From: Heptranchias perlo
Taxonomy: Eukaryota
DNA: 64,000 bases
Assembly (NCBI RefSeq): GCF_035084215.1
Contig: NC_090347.1
Coordinates: 16,554,001 to 16,618,000 of the forward strand
Direction: 5' to 3'
Positions 62,871-64,000 of this stretch are shown one piece after another (positions within the stretch are counted from its first letter, which is position 1; each line of letters begins with the position of its first letter). Both the position numbers and the translations under genes were made by a program. Under the pieces are notes generated by a model that saw only the letters and a list, made by a program, of their open reading frames with translations, had not been told where the DNA came from and ran no database searches.

Positions 62871-63784
62871 TAGGGCTGATTCCTCAATCAGACACCAATA
62901 GTGAGGAGTAACGCTCGCAGGAAGCCTTGGCCAGGAAATCATGGTCCCATAGCCCCTGATTTTCCATTCATTAACTTCAAATTTAATTTATTAAAATGAG
63001 GGGCTGCGGCAGCCAATGTTCTAACGAGTGCCACTCCCCGCCAGGAAAACCTGATCATCATTCAGCCCTAATAGGTCCAAATATAACAACAGAGTAATTG
63101 TAGCAGTGTTTGCTCATGCAAAGGCCATGGAACCAAAATGTATAACTGCAACAATATGTATAACAATGTGAAATTCTGAACCAATAAAAAAAATTTAAAA
63201 CGAGACTTGGCCAGGGTTTTACATTCAGTGGATGTTTTGATCTTCCATCTGGTGAAGAACAGTTACCAGCAGCATCGTTATTTTCTAACACCAACAAAAA
63301 AGCTCATTGTTTGAATTGTAAGAATTGTTACACAGGTGTGTCGATGTCTGTAATCAGCAGCAAAGGACAAGTTTGATGGAAAAATGTTCCCCCTTTTTTT
63401 TCAAACTTTATAATTGCAGTGCAGCTACCTTGGCAGGAGTCCTGATCAACCACAGGCACAACTCTATCCATGGACAAGAAGAGAAAAGAAGTTAATGTAG
63501 TAGTTCGCTTATGGAAAAGCTGCCTGCTGGCACTAATTCCAGTGTCCTTCCTTAATGGTTACATTTTATTTACGTTTGCAGTAAGCCATTTTTTCGCCAT
63601 CTGGCTGCCAAGTTAAAATGGATTTAATGCAGTGGCTCTCAAACTTTTTGGACCCCACCAAAAAAATTCCCGTACAGTCTCTGTCTAATTAGCTAGGGAT
63701 ACTAATTCCAGTAAGTCCACTAGAAACTACAAAGCTTACATTTTCAACATTAAAAAAAGGCAAATTTAACCCTTGGTTTTGTAT

Positions 63785-63960
63785 CTAGAGGCACAGAATA
63801 CAAAAGCAAGGAAGTAATGTTGAACTTGTATAAGAACTTAGTTAGGCTCCAGCTGGAGTACACCTTTGAGATCCCATTATAAGGATAGATTTGCTGGGAC
63901 GTTACCAGGAATGGGAGTTACAATTAGAGAGAGAATGGAGAAGATAGGACTTTTTATAAA
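63785..63960 (+). mobile_element. Degenerate CR1 ORF2 fragment
   Basis: EYKSKEVMLNLYKNLVRLQLEY remnant. Confidence 0.65.
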
Positions 63961-64000
63961 AACTAGATTATGGAACAGTTCCTGCAGATTGGAGGGTGGC

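Noticed and set aside
50000-64000. Last exons of ARSG, the tail-to-tail neighbour in human
   Set aside because: No sulfatase-like peptide found in the minus-strand stretches I translated or in the ORF track; a short exon could have been missed

Overview
Vertebrate genomic DNA, most likely a shark or other cartilaginous fish (inferred from the repeat families; the species cannot be determined). One protein-coding gene spans the window on the + strand: the autophagy PROPPIN gene WIPI1. Eleven coding exons (numbered 2-12 by analogy to human) run from 865 to 47905 with canonical GT-AG sites, splice into one open frame and include the FRRG phosphoinositide motif. Exon 1 lies upstream of the window. 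The introns (one is 25 kb) and the 3' flank are dense with mobile DNA: CR1 and L2 LINE fragments, Deu-domain and other tRNA-derived SINEs, a PIF/Harbinger derivative with a spliced Myb/SANT gene, MITEs, a hAT fossil, a solo LTR and minisatellites. The most unusual element is a 1.8-kb Penelope-like (GIY-YIG) insertion arranged as a near-perfect head-to-head palindrome, with a target-site duplication and a minimal hammerhead-ribozyme motif in each arm, inside WIPI1 intron 2. Coordinates were counted by hand. Family names come from recalled consensus sequences, not database searches.
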